Below are positions 62,685-64,000 of a stretch of DNA of 64,000 nucleotides, piece by piece. The stretch comes from Candidatus Cloacimonadales bacterium (GTDB taxonomy: Bacteria; Cloacimonadota; Cloacimonadia; Cloacimonadales; JAFGVF01): assembly GCA_963677495.2 (NCBI GenBank), contig CAXXOU010000004.1, positions 992,001 to 1,056,000 of the forward strand. The letters are read 5' to 3'. The notes beneath the pieces are model-generated. The model made no database searches. It saw nothing but the letters and a program-made list of their open reading frames with translations, and was not told the origin of the DNA. A program made the translations under genes and the position numbers. The number at the start of each line of letters is the position of its first letter. The stretch's first letter is position 1.

Positions 62685-62981
62685 TTATCTCACAGTTCCA
62701 AATGCCTTTGCTTCCCAGCGTTCAGCTCGGGGTTTCTCGTTAAGGATAGCATCGAGTTTATTCAGTAAATCAATAAAGACACCGGTCTTCATGAAGGCTT
62801 GAGCGTACTTCTCATCTTTCCAGATTCCGATTGCAAGAGCTTCATCATCTTTAGTAAGTAATTGGAGTGATACAACTCCTTCCTGCTCCATACCAATATC
62901 AAACACGACTTCATTCCAGATTTGAGCACCTTTAGCTCCTGAACCCTCTTTAAACTTATAACGCATAGTTGATGCAAACAT
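62685..62981 (-). CDS. Small dimeric alpha/beta-barrel (ABM-like) protein
   Basis: Size and Q.GV.S..L....A.AIGIW.D pattern; RBS GGAG. Confidence 0.6.
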   Translation of the reverse strand: MFASTMRYKFKEGSGAKGAQIWNEVVFDIGMEQEGVVSLQLLTKDDEALAIGIWKDEKYAQAFMKTGVFIDLLNKLDAILNEKPRAERWEAKAFGTVR

Positions 62982-63140
62982 ATTAACTCCAGTAATTCTA
63001 ATAGTATTTAATAGTCCGAAGCATCTTACTCCAAACTCTTCACTTCAACGGGTAAATACACGCTTTTGATTGAGTTTGAATCAAGCTACATCGAATTTGT
63101 TTTTCATAAAACAAACGAAAAACATAAGATAGCTTGTTTA

Positions 63141-63782
63141 TCAACAACCTCTCTTATTGGGATCCCAGACAAATTTATGTATCTGGAGTTGGAACCTAAC
63201 TTGTAATCTATCTTCAACAATCCATTCAGCTAAAATAGCCGGTTCAAGGCTATCAATGTTGGGTGAGAACAGAAGATTACATGACTCCAAATTATGATCC
63301 TTTATAAACTCTTTAGACCAATTATAATCTGCTTTATCACTGATGACAAATTTTAATTGGTCCTCTTCCCTATTCAATAGTTCAAGGTTCTCCATACAGA
63401 ATGGTGTGTCTACATTTGCAGATGGCGTTTTGACATCCATAACAAGCGTACAAGCATCCGGAATAGCTTTTGCATATATAGTACCGTTTGTTTCAATTAG
63501 GATACTATAATCATCTTCATGTAATTTCTCTATAAGCTGAACTAACTCGTTTTGCAATAATGGTTCACCACCTGTAAACTCGACAAGTTTGATGGGAGAA
63601 TACTCTTTTATCTTTGCAACAATCTGATCAAGCGACATCTCAGTACCTTCTTCAAAGGCATAAGTGGTATCACAATATGAACAACGAATATTACATCCGG
63701 TAAGACGGACAAAGATACATGGAAGACCTGTTGCTAATGATTCTCCCTGAATACTTAGGAAGATCTCGTTGATTTTGAGCAT
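63141..63782 (-). CDS. queE: 7-carboxy-7-deazaguanine synthase (radical SAM)
   Basis: EIFLSIQGE, FVRLTGCNIRCSYCDT, TGGEP, ETNG, LQIHK. Confidence 0.88.
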   Translation of the reverse strand: MLKINEIFLSIQGESLATGLPCIFVRLTGCNIRCSYCDTTYAFEEGTEMSLDQIVAKIKEYSPIKLVEFTGGEPLLQNELVQLIEKLHEDDYSILIETNGTIYAKAIPDACTLVMDVKTPSANVDTPFCMENLELLNREEDQLKFVISDKADYNWSKEFIKDHNLESCNLLFSPNIDSLEPAILAEWIVEDRLQVRFQLQIHKFVWDPNKRGC

Positions 63783-63785
63783 AGA

Positions 63786-64000
63786 TTAAAAGGGTAAATA
63801 AGGAAAGTCTTTGTGATATCCGAGAACAGAATCAACTTCATGATTCAGTGCTTCCGGGTTACCTACAACAAACTTATCTCCATTTGAAGTTGATATAAAT
63901 GAATAGTCAGCAGGATTACAATCAAATGAAGTAAACAGCTCCATGTCACCATAAAGTGGCCTACCTTTATAAACCATAAGTCTGATATTCTCAGGATTCA
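63786..64000 (-). CDS. 3' end of a gene truncated by the window edge
   Basis: Frame stays open from 63786 to the window end; stop lies 3 bp before the queE start. Confidence 0.65.
   Translation of the reverse strand, partial: NPENIRLMVYKGRPLYGDMELFTSFDCNPADYSFISTSNGDKFVVGNPEALNHEVDSVLGYHKDFPYLPF

Overview
AT-rich bacterial chromosomal window from an anaerobic diderm, most likely Candidatus Cloacimonadota (inferred from secreted GLUG/PKD proteins with YPNPFN-type C-terminal Ig domains, an [FeFe]-hydrogenase operon and overall gene content). It carries housekeeping blocks (guaA operon; a long gyrB-gyrA...umuDC run; PBP1A-GT2-ricT-rlmN-deoC-thyX-rlpA-psuG-pgk; tRNA-Asn; hnd-type hydrogenase; yicC-rnr; queE), large secreted proteins and one REP-associated tyrosine transposase (RAYT) with its REPINs. 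The intergenic DNA is unusually structured. There are several unrelated palindromic repeat families, three copies of a modular ~340-460 bp element, and five arrays of short motifs spaced exactly 11 bp apart in three different sequence variants, four of them built as two inverted arms. These phased arrays are the best candidate for an undescribed system. Other highlights: a hydrogenase that has lost several Fe-S ligand sets and has non-bifurcating signatures, a prenyltransferase pseudo-enzyme, a head-to-head tRNA thiolase/desulfidase pair, two 153-aa paralogues each beside the same REP family, and a frameshifted surface-protein gene bracketed by a direct repeat starting at stop codons. All calls come from reading the sequence and recalled motifs; no searches were run.
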